Shown here piece by piece: positions 31,443 through 40,283 of a stretch of DNA of 64,000 nucleotides. The position numbers and the translations under genes are program-made. The notes under the pieces are model-generated. The model was not told the origin of the DNA. It did not search any database and was given only the letters and a program-made list of their open reading frames with translations. This DNA comes from a virus (taxonomy: Duplodnaviria > Heunggongvirae > Uroviricota > Caudoviricetes), in the IMG/VR virus record IMGVR_UViG_3300032092_002720, positions 64,001-128,000 of that record, one strand, 5' to 3'. Numbering within the stretch: the first letter of the stretch is position 1; every line of letters begins with the position of its first letter.

Positions 31443-31814
31443 ATGACAATTTACTACAGCCCAACAACAAAAGGTTTTTACGATACTGATTTTGGGTATC
31501 CGTCATTGCCTCAAGATATTATTGAAATTACCGCAGAGCAACACCAACAGTTTCTCCATGGTATGAATATGCAAAATAAAGAATTGGTTTTATCACAAGG
31601 AAATCTTGTTTTACAAGATCGAGTCGTGGTAATTACTTGGGAACAAATTAGATCGAAAAGAAATAATCTTCTGGCTTTATCTGACTATACTCAAATGGCA
31701 GATTGGCCTGGAGACAAAGTTTCTTGGGCTACGTATCGTCAAGCACTCAGAGATCTTCCTCAAACTTATACAAATGCCGCTGATGTTATTTGGCCGACTG
31801 CACCAGGAGCATAA
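31443..31814 (+). CDS. Tail fibre assembly chaperone
   Basis: YYSPTTKGFYD N-terminus and W..IR.KRN.LL..SDYTQ..D.P....W..YRQALRDLPQ. Confidence 0.85.
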   Translation: MTIYYSPTTKGFYDTDFGYPSLPQDIIEITAEQHQQFLHGMNMQNKELVLSQGNLVLQDRVVVITWEQIRSKRNNLLALSDYTQMADWPGDKVSWATYRQALRDLPQTYTNAADVIWPTAPGA

Positions 31815-31817
31815 TAA

Positions 31818-32258
31818 GTGCCTCTAACGTTTTTATCTGCTAAAGCTGTTAAATATTGGAATGGCTCGTCGTGGGTAGGCAGTCAAGATTTTGGTGCTGT
31901 TAAAATGTGGAATGGATCTACATGGCAAGTTGTCGGCATACGTCCCTATGCAGATGTGGCCTTAACTACTTTTTCTCCTGACGGTGGGGCATCATATCCG
32001 GGAACATATCTCTCTGACAGTCAATATAATACTGGAGCTTCGATTACTATTAATGCTTCAGCAAGTGTAGTTTGGAATTGGAGCGCGGATAATTCTAACG
32101 GCGGAGCGTCTGTTGTAAATGGAGGAAGCGCATCAAGTATTACATTTACTCTTTCTTATGCCGGTTACTCTTATGATACTTCCTTTCTTGTTAATGCTTC
32201 GAACGGCGCGGAAACTAAATATTGGGAAGTTTACTTAGAATCTCTAACTTTTGATTAA
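31818..32258 (+). CDS. Hypothetical fibre-associated protein
   Basis: Two K.WNGS.W motifs at the N-terminus followed by a beta-rich region. Confidence 0.65.
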   Translation: MPLTFLSAKAVKYWNGSSWVGSQDFGAVKMWNGSTWQVVGIRPYADVALTTFSPDGGASYPGTYLSDSQYNTGASITINASASVVWNWSADNSNGGASVVNGGSASSITFTLSYAGYSYDTSFLVNASNGAETKYWEVYLESLTFD

Positions 32259-32276
32259 ACATAGCGGAAGAATTAA

Positions 32277-32606
32277 ATGGCACTGAAAGCTAACATTACA
32301 ATTGATCAAGGCACATCTTTCGCAACCACGATTGATGTCACCGATGAAGAAGGTAACATCGTAAATCTAACAGGATTTACAGGTGCCGCACAGATGCGTA
32401 AGCATTACACGTCATCAACTTACTATTCTTTCAATGTTGCTATCACTGCTGTAACAGGTGAAGTTACTCTTTCGATGACTGCTAACGCTACAAATAACGT
32501 GGCTGCAGGAAGATATGTATATGATTGTGAATTGAATGACGGATCCGGAACGATTTCTCGTCTTGTTGAAGGTATAGTCACCGTCACACCAGGAGTTACA
32601 AGGTAA
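32277..32606 (+). CDS. Small structural protein (Ig-like adaptor type)
   Basis: ANITIDQGTSF...LTG.TG.AQMRK.Y.S...GRYVYD.E...RLVEG.VTVTPGVT. Confidence 0.7.
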   Translation: MALKANITIDQGTSFATTIDVTDEEGNIVNLTGFTGAAQMRKHYTSSTYYSFNVAITAVTGEVTLSMTANATNNVAAGRYVYDCELNDGSGTISRLVEGIVTVTPGVTR

Positions 32607-32848
32607 TGGCAGGCACATCTCGTCTAGTTGCCAAGATTACAAACAATAACGGCAGATTGTCTTCTGCCGCACCTATTACTCTGAAGAATCAAATTCAAGA
32701 AATCCGCAGTATTGAAGACATCGCAGATGTTGTCGAGACTGATGTGACAGACGGAGCTACACTAGTTTATAATTCTGAAACAGATAAATATGAAGTACGA
32801 CAACTACAAATCGAGGACCTCGGCGCCATAGACGGCGGTTCTTTTTAA
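32606..32848 (+). CDS. Small hypothetical structural protein
   Basis: 80 aa ending IDGGSF, with DGATLVYNSET.K motif. Confidence 0.7.
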   Translation: MAGTSRLVAKITNNNGRLSSAAPITLKNQIQEIRSIEDIADVVETDVTDGATLVYNSETDKYEVRQLQIEDLGAIDGGSF

Positions 32849-32860
32849 TAAGGAAACAAG

Positions 32861-34081
32861 ATGGCTAACTTAATTCAGATCAAAAGATCGTTAACGACTG
32901 CCACCGCTCCGTCATTAGCTAATGGTGAATTGGCCTTTACAGCAAACGGTGATCATCTGTTCATCGGTTCCAATGGTGCATCAATCACCATTGCTGGTAA
33001 GTTCAATCCCGGTGTGCTCACTGCTAACCAAGCTCTCGTAGCTAACGGTACTTCTGGTATCGACAAGATTATTACGGCTAACGCTGTTGTAACTACACTG
33101 ACTGCCAACGGTTCGACCGGTACCGCAGGGCAAGTGCTAAATTCAAACGGAACAGTTGCCTATTGGGCAGATCCTGCATCGAGCTCATTTACACTTGCTG
33201 CTGATTCTGGAACAAGTGACACGTTCAATACAGGGGAAACTCTGACATTTGTTGGCGGTAATGGTTTAACTACTACCGTTTCAAACAACCAAATTACTAT
33301 TGATGCCACAGCAGGCACAGACGGCGGTCTTGCATCTAATGCGACTGGATTATTTGTTGTTGCAGGTTCTGGTCTCGTTACGAATAGCACGGGTGTACAC
33401 GTTGGTTCTGCAAACGGTATCAACGTTCAGGCTGATACGGTCGGACTTACAACTGGTTCGACACTTACAGTTAACTCGACTGGTGTGCATGTTAATTCAG
33501 CACTGTCAATTACAGATCTTTCTCTTTCAGGAAATCTGACTGTTCTCGGTACGCTTTCGACAATCGATACTACCAACTTAACAGTCAAAGATTCGCTGAT
33601 TGAACTTGCAAACGGCAACGCTTCATCCGACCTTCTTGATATCGGCCTTTATGGGCAATTCGGTTCGAGCGGAGCTAAGTATACCGGTCTTTTCCGCGAT
33701 GCTACAGACGGCGTCTATAAGCTCTTTACTGGTTCTCAAACAGAACCTACAACAACTGTAGACACTGCTGCAGCTGGTTATACTACTGCTACATTACAAG
33801 CATTCTTAACCTCTGGCGGTCTTGTTTCGAACTCGACGGCTGTAACACTTACAGCAAACTCTACGCTTGCAGTTAACATTACTGCCAACTCTCTGTCACT
33901 CTCGACTCCACTCGCAGTGACATCAGGCGGTCTTGGACTGAGCAGTATTGCAACTGGTGCAATTCTTGTTGGTAACGGATCTGGAACAGCAACTGTTCTT
34001 TCTGCTGCTACAGACGGTTACGTTCTACAGTCGAACGGTACTTCGGTCGTATATGGTACACTTGATGGAGGCACATTCTAA
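32861..34081 (+). CDS. Fibre/structural protein with an Mtd_N-like N-terminus
   Basis: IQIKRS......P.L..GELA N-terminus, ends LDGGTF. Confidence 0.7.
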   Translation: MANLIQIKRSLTTATAPSLANGELAFTANGDHLFIGSNGASITIAGKFNPGVLTANQALVANGTSGIDKIITANAVVTTLTANGSTGTAGQVLNSNGTVAYWADPASSSFTLAADSGTSDTFNTGETLTFVGGNGLTTTVSNNQITIDATAGTDGGLASNATGLFVVAGSGLVTNSTGVHVGSANGINVQADTVGLTTGSTLTVNSTGVHVNSALSITDLSLSGNLTVLGTLSTIDTTNLTVKDSLIELANGNASSDLLDIGLYGQFGSSGAKYTGLFRDATDGVYKLFTGSQTEPTTTVDTAAAGYTTATLQAFLTSGGLVSNSTAVTLTANSTLAVNITANSLSLSTPLAVTSGGLGLSSIATGAILVGNGSGTATVLSAATDGYVLQSNGTSVVYGTLDGGTF

Positions 34082-34083
34082 TC

Positions 34084-34275
34084 ATGGAAGTTGAATTTGT
34101 TAATGAATATATCAGTAAATTGGTTGCAAAAGTACACGATCTTACAAATCAAAACTTAATGTTGGAAACTCGCTTGGCGCTCCTCGATCGGGCGCTGAGC
34201 GAGTCTAACGTAGAACTGCAAGCTCTTAAGCAAAAGAACGAAAAGAAAAAACAGGTAGAAGATTCCTCTGTATAA
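34084..34275 (+). CDS. Small coiled-coil hypothetical protein
   Basis: 63 aa with a heptad pattern. Confidence 0.65.
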   Translation: MEVEFVNEYISKLVAKVHDLTNQNLMLETRLALLDRALSESNVELQALKQKNEKKKQVEDSSV

Positions 34276-34278
34276 ATA
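34271..34278 (+). promoter_or_regulatory. T4-type late promoter
   Basis: Exact TATAAATA about 46 nt upstream of the next ATG. Confidence 0.75.
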
Positions 34279-34324
34279 TCATGAGGATTATATAATCCTA
34301 TCATACTCTATATAGAGGTTGGGA

Positions 34325-36223
34325 ATGCCGAATAAATTTCAATTTAAGCGTACGACAGTCTCAGGTCGTACAGCTAATACTACGAACGCAGCAAACGCGG
34401 CCTTTATTGACAAGGGCGAGTTGGCTATTAACTTAGCCGATCGCAAAGTCTTTTCTTCAGACGCGTCGAATAATATCTTCGAAGTCGGATCCAACCTCTC
34501 AAGTCTCGCAGTTACAACTCTTGTTGCTAACGGTTCTTCGGGTTCCAATACACAAGTTCTAGCCTCGAATGGCACGGGTGTATATTGGACATCTGCTACT
34601 GCTACTCTCGGCTCTGTTAACTGGGCGCAAAACGCTGCTCCATCAGTATACATTAGCGCTGGCACTCCAACAGTCATTGCGCAGATTAGTCTTACCTCTT
34701 CAGGTAGCCCGATTCAAATCATTGCACACGGCGATGCCAATCCTCTCACTGCTGGCGGTTGGGGTAGATTACAGCTTTATCGAGGTTCAACGCCGATCGG
34801 TGCTCAGACTCACTTTGAGTCTTCTAACGGAAACGAAAACGTTCCGTATTCACTTCAATTCATTGATACTCCTCCTGCAGGAACCTACACGTATTCTATT
34901 AAATCTAACTCTGTTACTGGTAACACTCAGTACGGTGAAACTGATGGACCAGTAATTTCTGTCGTAGAACTTCAAAACGTTGTAGGTGCACAGGGTGCTC
35001 AAGGTGCACAGGGAGCAACTGGAGCCCAAGGTGCGCAAGGAATTACGGGCGCACAAGGCGCCACTGGGGCACAAGGTTCGCAAGGTGCAACTGGTGCTCA
35101 AGGTGCACAGGGAGCTCAAGGACTTCAAGGAGCACAAGGAGCAACTGGAGCTCAAGGACCACAAGGTGAGACTGGAGCTCAGGGCGTTCAAGGCGCACAG
35201 GGACCACAAGGTGCACAAGGTGCAACTGGTCTCGGATTCAAGATCGCAAAGTCATATGTTTCTGTAGCAGCACTCACAGCCGATACCTCACCGACTGGTA
35301 TCTTGGCTGGTGAATTTGCTATCGTTGAAACTGGTAATGTAAACGACGCAGAAAACTCAAGACTCTACCTTTGGAATGGATCTGCATATTCATACGTATC
35401 AGATCTTTCGGGTTCGACAGGATTTACAGGACCTCAAGGTGCGACTGGTCCACAAGGCGCAACAGGACCTCAAGGTGTGCAAGGACCACAAGGTCCAGGT
35501 GTTGATGCCAACTTAAGTGTTACATGGGCTAACACACAGATCTTCAATGCCAACGTTACATTCAATGCTGGTGTCATCGCTAACAGTTCGATTGGTGCCA
35601 ACGGAGAAGTACTGACGTCGAATGGAACTTCAGTTTACTGGGGTCCAGCTGCGGTCGCTTCGAACGTATACACAAGCATAGTAACGTATACATACTCGAT
35701 CTCGTCTAACACGACTGTTATTACAGGCGCAGATGCCAATACGCAAATTCTTTCATACACTGCTGGCCTCGAGAGCGTGTTCCTCAACGGTTCGAAGCAG
35801 ATCTCGACCACAGATTATACCACTCCGAACTCTGCGGCGATTACGTTTACTTCGAATGTCATTGCAGGTGACGTCGTTCAGATCGTCGCTCAGATTCCTG
35901 CGCTTAGCGTAATCGAAGGCGCATCGAACTCACAGACAACTTCGACAACTGCAAATACCATCGTAGACTCTTTCGCGAAAGCAGCATACAGATCAGCTAA
36001 GTATTACATACAGATTACATCTGGATCAGACTATCACATCACAGAAGCATTACTTCTTCATGATGGCTCTCAGGTCTATGTAACCGAGTATGGTACAGTA
36101 TATTCAAACACATCACTTGGTAATGTTAGTGCTAATATTAATTCCAGTAACGTAAATCTGCTGGTTGCTCCTACAAACTCTTCGAGCGTAGTAAAGACGA
36201 AGAGAATTACTCTTGACGTATAA
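34325..36223 (+). CDS. Fibre protein: Mtd_N-like start, collagen segments, C-terminal YRSAKY.IQ domain
   Basis: FQFKRT....GELAINLADRK.FS start, G-X-Y runs, DSF.KAAYRSAKYYIQI...TE.LLLHDG....TEYG. ATG at 34325 follows GAGGT. Confidence 0.75.
   Translation: MPNKFQFKRTTVSGRTANTTNAANAAFIDKGELAINLADRKVFSSDASNNIFEVGSNLSSLAVTTLVANGSSGSNTQVLASNGTGVYWTSATATLGSVNWAQNAAPSVYISAGTPTVIAQISLTSSGSPIQIIAHGDANPLTAGGWGRLQLYRGSTPIGAQTHFESSNGNENVPYSLQFIDTPPAGTYTYSIKSNSVTGNTQYGETDGPVISVVELQNVVGAQGAQGAQGATGAQGAQGITGAQGATGAQGSQGATGAQGAQGAQGLQGAQGATGAQGPQGETGAQGVQGAQGPQGAQGATGLGFKIAKSYVSVAALTADTSPTGILAGEFAIVETGNVNDAENSRLYLWNGSAYSYVSDLSGSTGFTGPQGATGPQGATGPQGVQGPQGPGVDANLSVTWANTQIFNANVTFNAGVIANSSIGANGEVLTSNGTSVYWGPAAVASNVYTSIVTYTYSISSNTTVITGADANTQILSYTAGLESVFLNGSKQISTTDYTTPNSAAITFTSNVIAGDVVQIVAQIPALSVIEGASNSQTTSTTANTIVDSFAKAAYRSAKYYIQITSGSDYHITEALLLHDGSQVYVTEYGTVYSNTSLGNVSANINSSNVNLLVAPTNSSSVVKTKRITLDV
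34985..35499 (+). repeat. Two collagen-like (G-X-Y)n segments
   Basis: GAQ/GAT/GPQ runs at about 34985-35230 and 35420-35499. Confidence 0.9.
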
Positions 36224-36226
36224 ATA
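36219..36226 (+). promoter_or_regulatory. T4-type late promoter
   Basis: Exact TATAAATA overlapping the upstream stop, 28 nt before the long-fibre ATG. Confidence 0.78.
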
Positions 36227-36254
36227 GAATAAAATCTGAGGGATAGGGAACCAG

Positions 36255-39200
36255 ATGACTACACCAGTTAATTTTCGCGTTAAGAACGGGTTAACCGTAG
36301 CGAACGGAATAGCAGTAACAGCCGGAAACGTTGTAATTTCGAGCGGTCAACTCGTGATCGGTGCTACTGCGATCAACTCAACTTCACTCAGCCAATCGGC
36401 TGACAATGCATACGCTAACGGCGTGAACTATGCAGACGGTAAAGCTGCTGATGCTTATACGAATGCTGTAGCTGTAGCTACTGGTTCCTCGACCAATGCA
36501 TATAATAACGCTGTTGCTTTTGCGGCCAATGCCGATAATCTCACAACTGGAACACTTTCTCTCAATCGCCTTCCTGCGACAGTGAACGTATCTCTCGCTC
36601 TGAATGTTACAAATACTGTTAACATTTCAACGAGTAACGTAACTGTTTCACAAGCGAATGATGTCGCGAAGATCACAGGAACCACAATTTCATTAACAGA
36701 CAGTTTAACAGAAACTGGTAATACTTATTATGCAGCAATCTCTCATGATAAACTGATTACAGAAAAAACTTATACTGTTGCCAACGTAATCTATGCAGAT
36801 TACGGCGAACTCTCGCGCACAGGAATGTTTGCAGGTGTAGGTATCGATACGTCTAACACTTCAATCTATGTTCGAGGTGTCACAGTCAATACCTCGGTGA
36901 TTGCGATCGGAAATACTTCAGTATTCAGTTCCATCAACTCGACGGCATTTTCTGGTAACGGCGCATCACTTACTTCTGTCAATGCTGCGACAGTTGGCGG
37001 TAACTCTGCTTCTGACCTTCGAACATATACAGAAACGTATGCATCAAATGCCACGAATCTGACTTCAGGTACAGTCAACTCTGCTCGCCTCCCATCAGCA
37101 AATGCTACCGTAGCAGGTGCAACTCTTCTTGTCGATTCAGTATCGAATACTTCGACGACAGCAGCCGCTTCAGCAGCTTCTGTTAAAACTGCATATGACG
37201 CAGCCATTACTGCAAACACGAATGCGACCAATCTTTCTGCGAATGCATATTCGAATGCTGTAACGTATACTGATAATAAAGCTGCAAATGCATACTCGAA
37301 TGCCATTGCTATCGCAGCGAATGCTACCAACCTCACATCTGGTACTGTCAACGCAGCAAGACTTCCATCTGGTAACTCGACAACTGCAGGCGCAGTGATT
37401 CTTGTCGATTCGATAGCGAACACTTCAACAACTGCAGCCGCTTCTGCTGCAGCTGTAAAAACCGCCTATGATGCTGCCATCGTTGCTAACACAAATGCAA
37501 ACACTGCGTTAACAGCCGCTGGATCTGCATACACGAACGCAGTGTCATATACAGACACCAAAATTGGAACTGCAAACACTGCTATCACTGGCAATGCGGC
37601 GACCGCATATTCGAATGCTGTATCATATACAGATACGAAGATTGCAACTGCTAATACTGCCATGGCCGCTAACGCAGATGCTGCTTATACGAATGCAATC
37701 GCGATCGCTTCCAATGCAACTAATCTGACATCTGGTACAGTTAACTCAGCTCGTCTTCCATCTGGCAACTCAACTGTTGCCGGTGCGGTAGTTCTTGTCG
37801 ACTCGGTCTCGAATACATCGACAACTGCAGCTGCATCTGCCGCTTCAGTCAAATCTGCTTATGACGCAGCGATTACGGCAAACACAAATGCTAACACTGC
37901 ATTGACTGCCGCTGGCTCGGCTTATACCAATGCCGTATCTTATACCGACACAAAGATCGGTACTGCAAATACTGCCATGGTTGCAAATGCCGCTGCAGCT
38001 TACACTAACGCAGTCTCTTACACAGACGGTAAAATCAGTACTGCCAATTCTGCTATTACAGGAAATGCGGCTACCGCTTATAGTAATGCTGTGTCTTATG
38101 TAGATACAAAGATTGGTACTGCCAATACAGCAATGGTAGCAAATGCTGGCGCTGCTTACACAAATGCTGTATCTTATACCGACACGAAGATCGGCACAGC
38201 TAATACAGCGATGGTAGCAAATGCTGGCGCTGCTTACACAAATGCTGTATCTTATACCGACACGAAGATCGGCACAGCTAATACCGCAATGGCTGCTAAC
38301 GCGGCAGCAGCTTATACGAATGCAGTCAGCTATACTGATACAAAAATTGGCACCGCGAACACTGCAATGGCTGCTAACGCAGCTGCAGCTTATACCAATG
38401 CGGTAAGTTACACTGATACGAAGATCGGCACTGCAAATACTGCGATGGTAGCCAATGCCGGAGCCGCTTATACCAATGCGACTATCTTTGCTGCGAATGC
38501 TTCGAATGCAAACAATGGTACTCTTGCTGAAGCTCGTCTTCCATACCGTATGAATCAGGATCTCAGAACTTCTGATTCTCCGACTTTTGCAAACGGCTCG
38601 TTTACTGGTTCTGTTACAGTAGGTGGAAACTTAACCGTAACTGGTAATCTGATTTCGACTAACATCGAATCTTTCTCTGTGTCGGATCCTCTGATCAAGC
38701 TAGGTGTGAATAACCCCGGTGATACTTATTGGGGTGGATTTACATTCCACTATAACGGATCTGGTAATACTACAAACCATGCTGGTCTTGTACGTAGTCC
38801 GACATCAAAAGAATTCCTTCTTATGTCGACGTTTGGTGATGAGACTGCTGTTGCTAATAACAACACGATCAACATTGCTGATGCATCGTTCTCATATGCC
38901 AATTTAACGGTTAATCTATTAAAGGCTGGCAACTCTACGGTATTCTCAAGTATTAATGCTACGTCGTTTACCGGTACAGCAAATAATGCCACGAATGCTT
39001 TCGGTAAGACAGAAGGCGCGATCAATGCTAACTCTGCTCTGACTGCAAACAACTCGACGAATCTTGGCGGTCAAGATGCAGCATACTATACTAATGCGAC
39101 TAATATTAGTACTGGAACTCTACCTTTCGCTAGACTCCCATCGTTGTATCTTGGCACGACTGCTATTCAATCGACGAGTGCTGCTCAAGCTGTAAGCGGT

Positions 39201-40283
39201 ATCACAACTCTTGCGGCTGGTAATACTACCATCTCAGGTTTTGCTAACGTTATAAGTGGATTATCACTTTCTAATGGTACATCAAACTTCATCACTTGGT
39301 CGACAGCCGGTGTTGACGGTCCTTCTATTAATACACGAAGCCCGGGTACTAAGCTATTACTATATCCAGCTCTGTCTGTGAGTCAAACTGATTATGCTAT
39401 GGGTATTAGCCCGGCAACAATGTGGTCTACTGTTCCTACTAACGAAGATAGCTTTAAATTTAAATGGTATGGAGCTGACATAGAAGTTGCTTCTCTGAGT
39501 GGTACTGGTAACTTTAAGATATCTGGATATGCTAACGTATCTGGAGCAATTCAAGGTGGATCATCGCTTACAATTGCAGGTGCCGCTTCTGGTATCACTA
39601 CGCTTGCCGCAGGTAATACTACGATTACCGGAAACCTTAGTGTTTCGAGCGTCGGTAGCTTCGATCGAGTAACTACTGCCAATAATGGCGGTGGAACAAA
39701 TATTGGTATCGGTGATGATGCATGGTTCGGCGATATTAATCAGGCCGATACTGTTCGCATCATGGGTCAACAGAGTGCCAACAACGGATACATTGTTTTC
39801 GGCAATGCTAACAATGACATCAAATTGGGACGTTCTGGAACTGGTGCTCTTACATGGAACGGAGCATTCAGTGTTACTGGCGGACTAACTACTCTGTCAG
39901 CAAACCTTGTGATGGCCAACAACAACATCACGAATCCAACGCTGACAGGTTATACCGAATCTGAAGTTTCAAATACAGCTGTCACAGGAACATATACTCT
40001 TAACTGTGTTGCTTCTAACTTCTGGGATCTTACGCTTACTGGAAATACAACGATCTCTCCAACAGGAGTTCCTCCGAGCACAAGAATGTGGGCTGGAACT
40101 ATCGTAGCAAAACAAGATGCTACCGGTGGTCGCACGATCACTTGGCCGACAGGAAGTAAATATCCTGGCGGTGTAGCTCCTCCTGCAACAACAACCGCAA
40201 ACGCCATCGACGTATGGTCACTCATGACTTATGACGGCGGTACTTCTTGGATTGTTTCTCTGACGGTGAAGGGCGCCGCATAA
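36255..40283 (+). CDS. Long tail-fibre-like protein with a repeat stalk
   Basis: FRVKNGL N-terminus, three fibre repeats (AGA..LVDS.SNTSTTAAASAA.VK.AYD), nine 26-aa repeats and a C-terminal QDATGGRTITWP...PGG.APP...ANAIDV domain. Confidence 0.8.
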   Translation: MTTPVNFRVKNGLTVANGIAVTAGNVVISSGQLVIGATAINSTSLSQSADNAYANGVNYADGKAADAYTNAVAVATGSSTNAYNNAVAFAANADNLTTGTLSLNRLPATVNVSLALNVTNTVNISTSNVTVSQANDVAKITGTTISLTDSLTETGNTYYAAISHDKLITEKTYTVANVIYADYGELSRTGMFAGVGIDTSNTSIYVRGVTVNTSVIAIGNTSVFSSINSTAFSGNGASLTSVNAATVGGNSASDLRTYTETYASNATNLTSGTVNSARLPSANATVAGATLLVDSVSNTSTTAAASAASVKTAYDAAITANTNATNLSANAYSNAVTYTDNKAANAYSNAIAIAANATNLTSGTVNAARLPSGNSTTAGAVILVDSIANTSTTAAASAAAVKTAYDAAIVANTNANTALTAAGSAYTNAVSYTDTKIGTANTAITGNAATAYSNAVSYTDTKIATANTAMAANADAAYTNAIAIASNATNLTSGTVNSARLPSGNSTVAGAVVLVDSVSNTSTTAAASAASVKSAYDAAITANTNANTALTAAGSAYTNAVSYTDTKIGTANTAMVANAAAAYTNAVSYTDGKISTANSAITGNAATAYSNAVSYVDTKIGTANTAMVANAGAAYTNAVSYTDTKIGTANTAMVANAGAAYTNAVSYTDTKIGTANTAMAANAAAAYTNAVSYTDTKIGTANTAMAANAAAAYTNAVSYTDTKIGTANTAMVANAGAAYTNATIFAANASNANNGTLAEARLPYRMNQDLRTSDSPTFANGSFTGSVTVGGNLTVTGNLISTNIESFSVSDPLIKLGVNNPGDTYWGGFTFHYNGSGNTTNHAGLVRSPTSKEFLLMSTFGDETAVANNNTINIADASFSYANLTVNLLKAGNSTVFSSINATSFTGTANNATNAFGKTEGAINANSALTANNSTNLGGQDAAYYTNATNISTGTLPFARLPSLYLGTTAIQSTSAAQAVSGITTLAAGNTTISGFANVISGLSLSNGTSNFITWSTAGVDGPSINTRSPGTKLLLYPALSVSQTDYAMGISPATMWSTVPTNEDSFKFKWYGADIEVASLSGTGNFKISGYANVSGAIQGGSSLTIAGAASGITTLAAGNTTITGNLSVSSVGSFDRVTTANNGGGTNIGIGDDAWFGDINQADTVRIMGQQSANNGYIVFGNANNDIKLGRSGTGALTWNGAFSVTGGLTTLSANLVMANNNITNPTLTGYTESEVSNTAVTGTYTLNCVASNFWDLTLTGNTTISPTGVPPSTRMWAGTIVAKQDATGGRTITWPTGSKYPGGVAPPATTTANAIDVWSLMTYDGGTSWIVSLTVKGAA
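37527..38466 (+). repeat. 26-aa (78-nt) coding repeat, 2 + 7 copies
   Basis: AYTNAVSYTDTKIGTANTAM.ANA.A. 38133-38206 and 38211-38284 are identical over 74 nt. Confidence 0.92.

Noticed and set aside
32861-36223. Diversity-generating retroelement suggested by Mtd_N-like N-termini
   Set aside because: No reverse transcriptase and no template/variable repeat pair differing at adenines were seen in the window.
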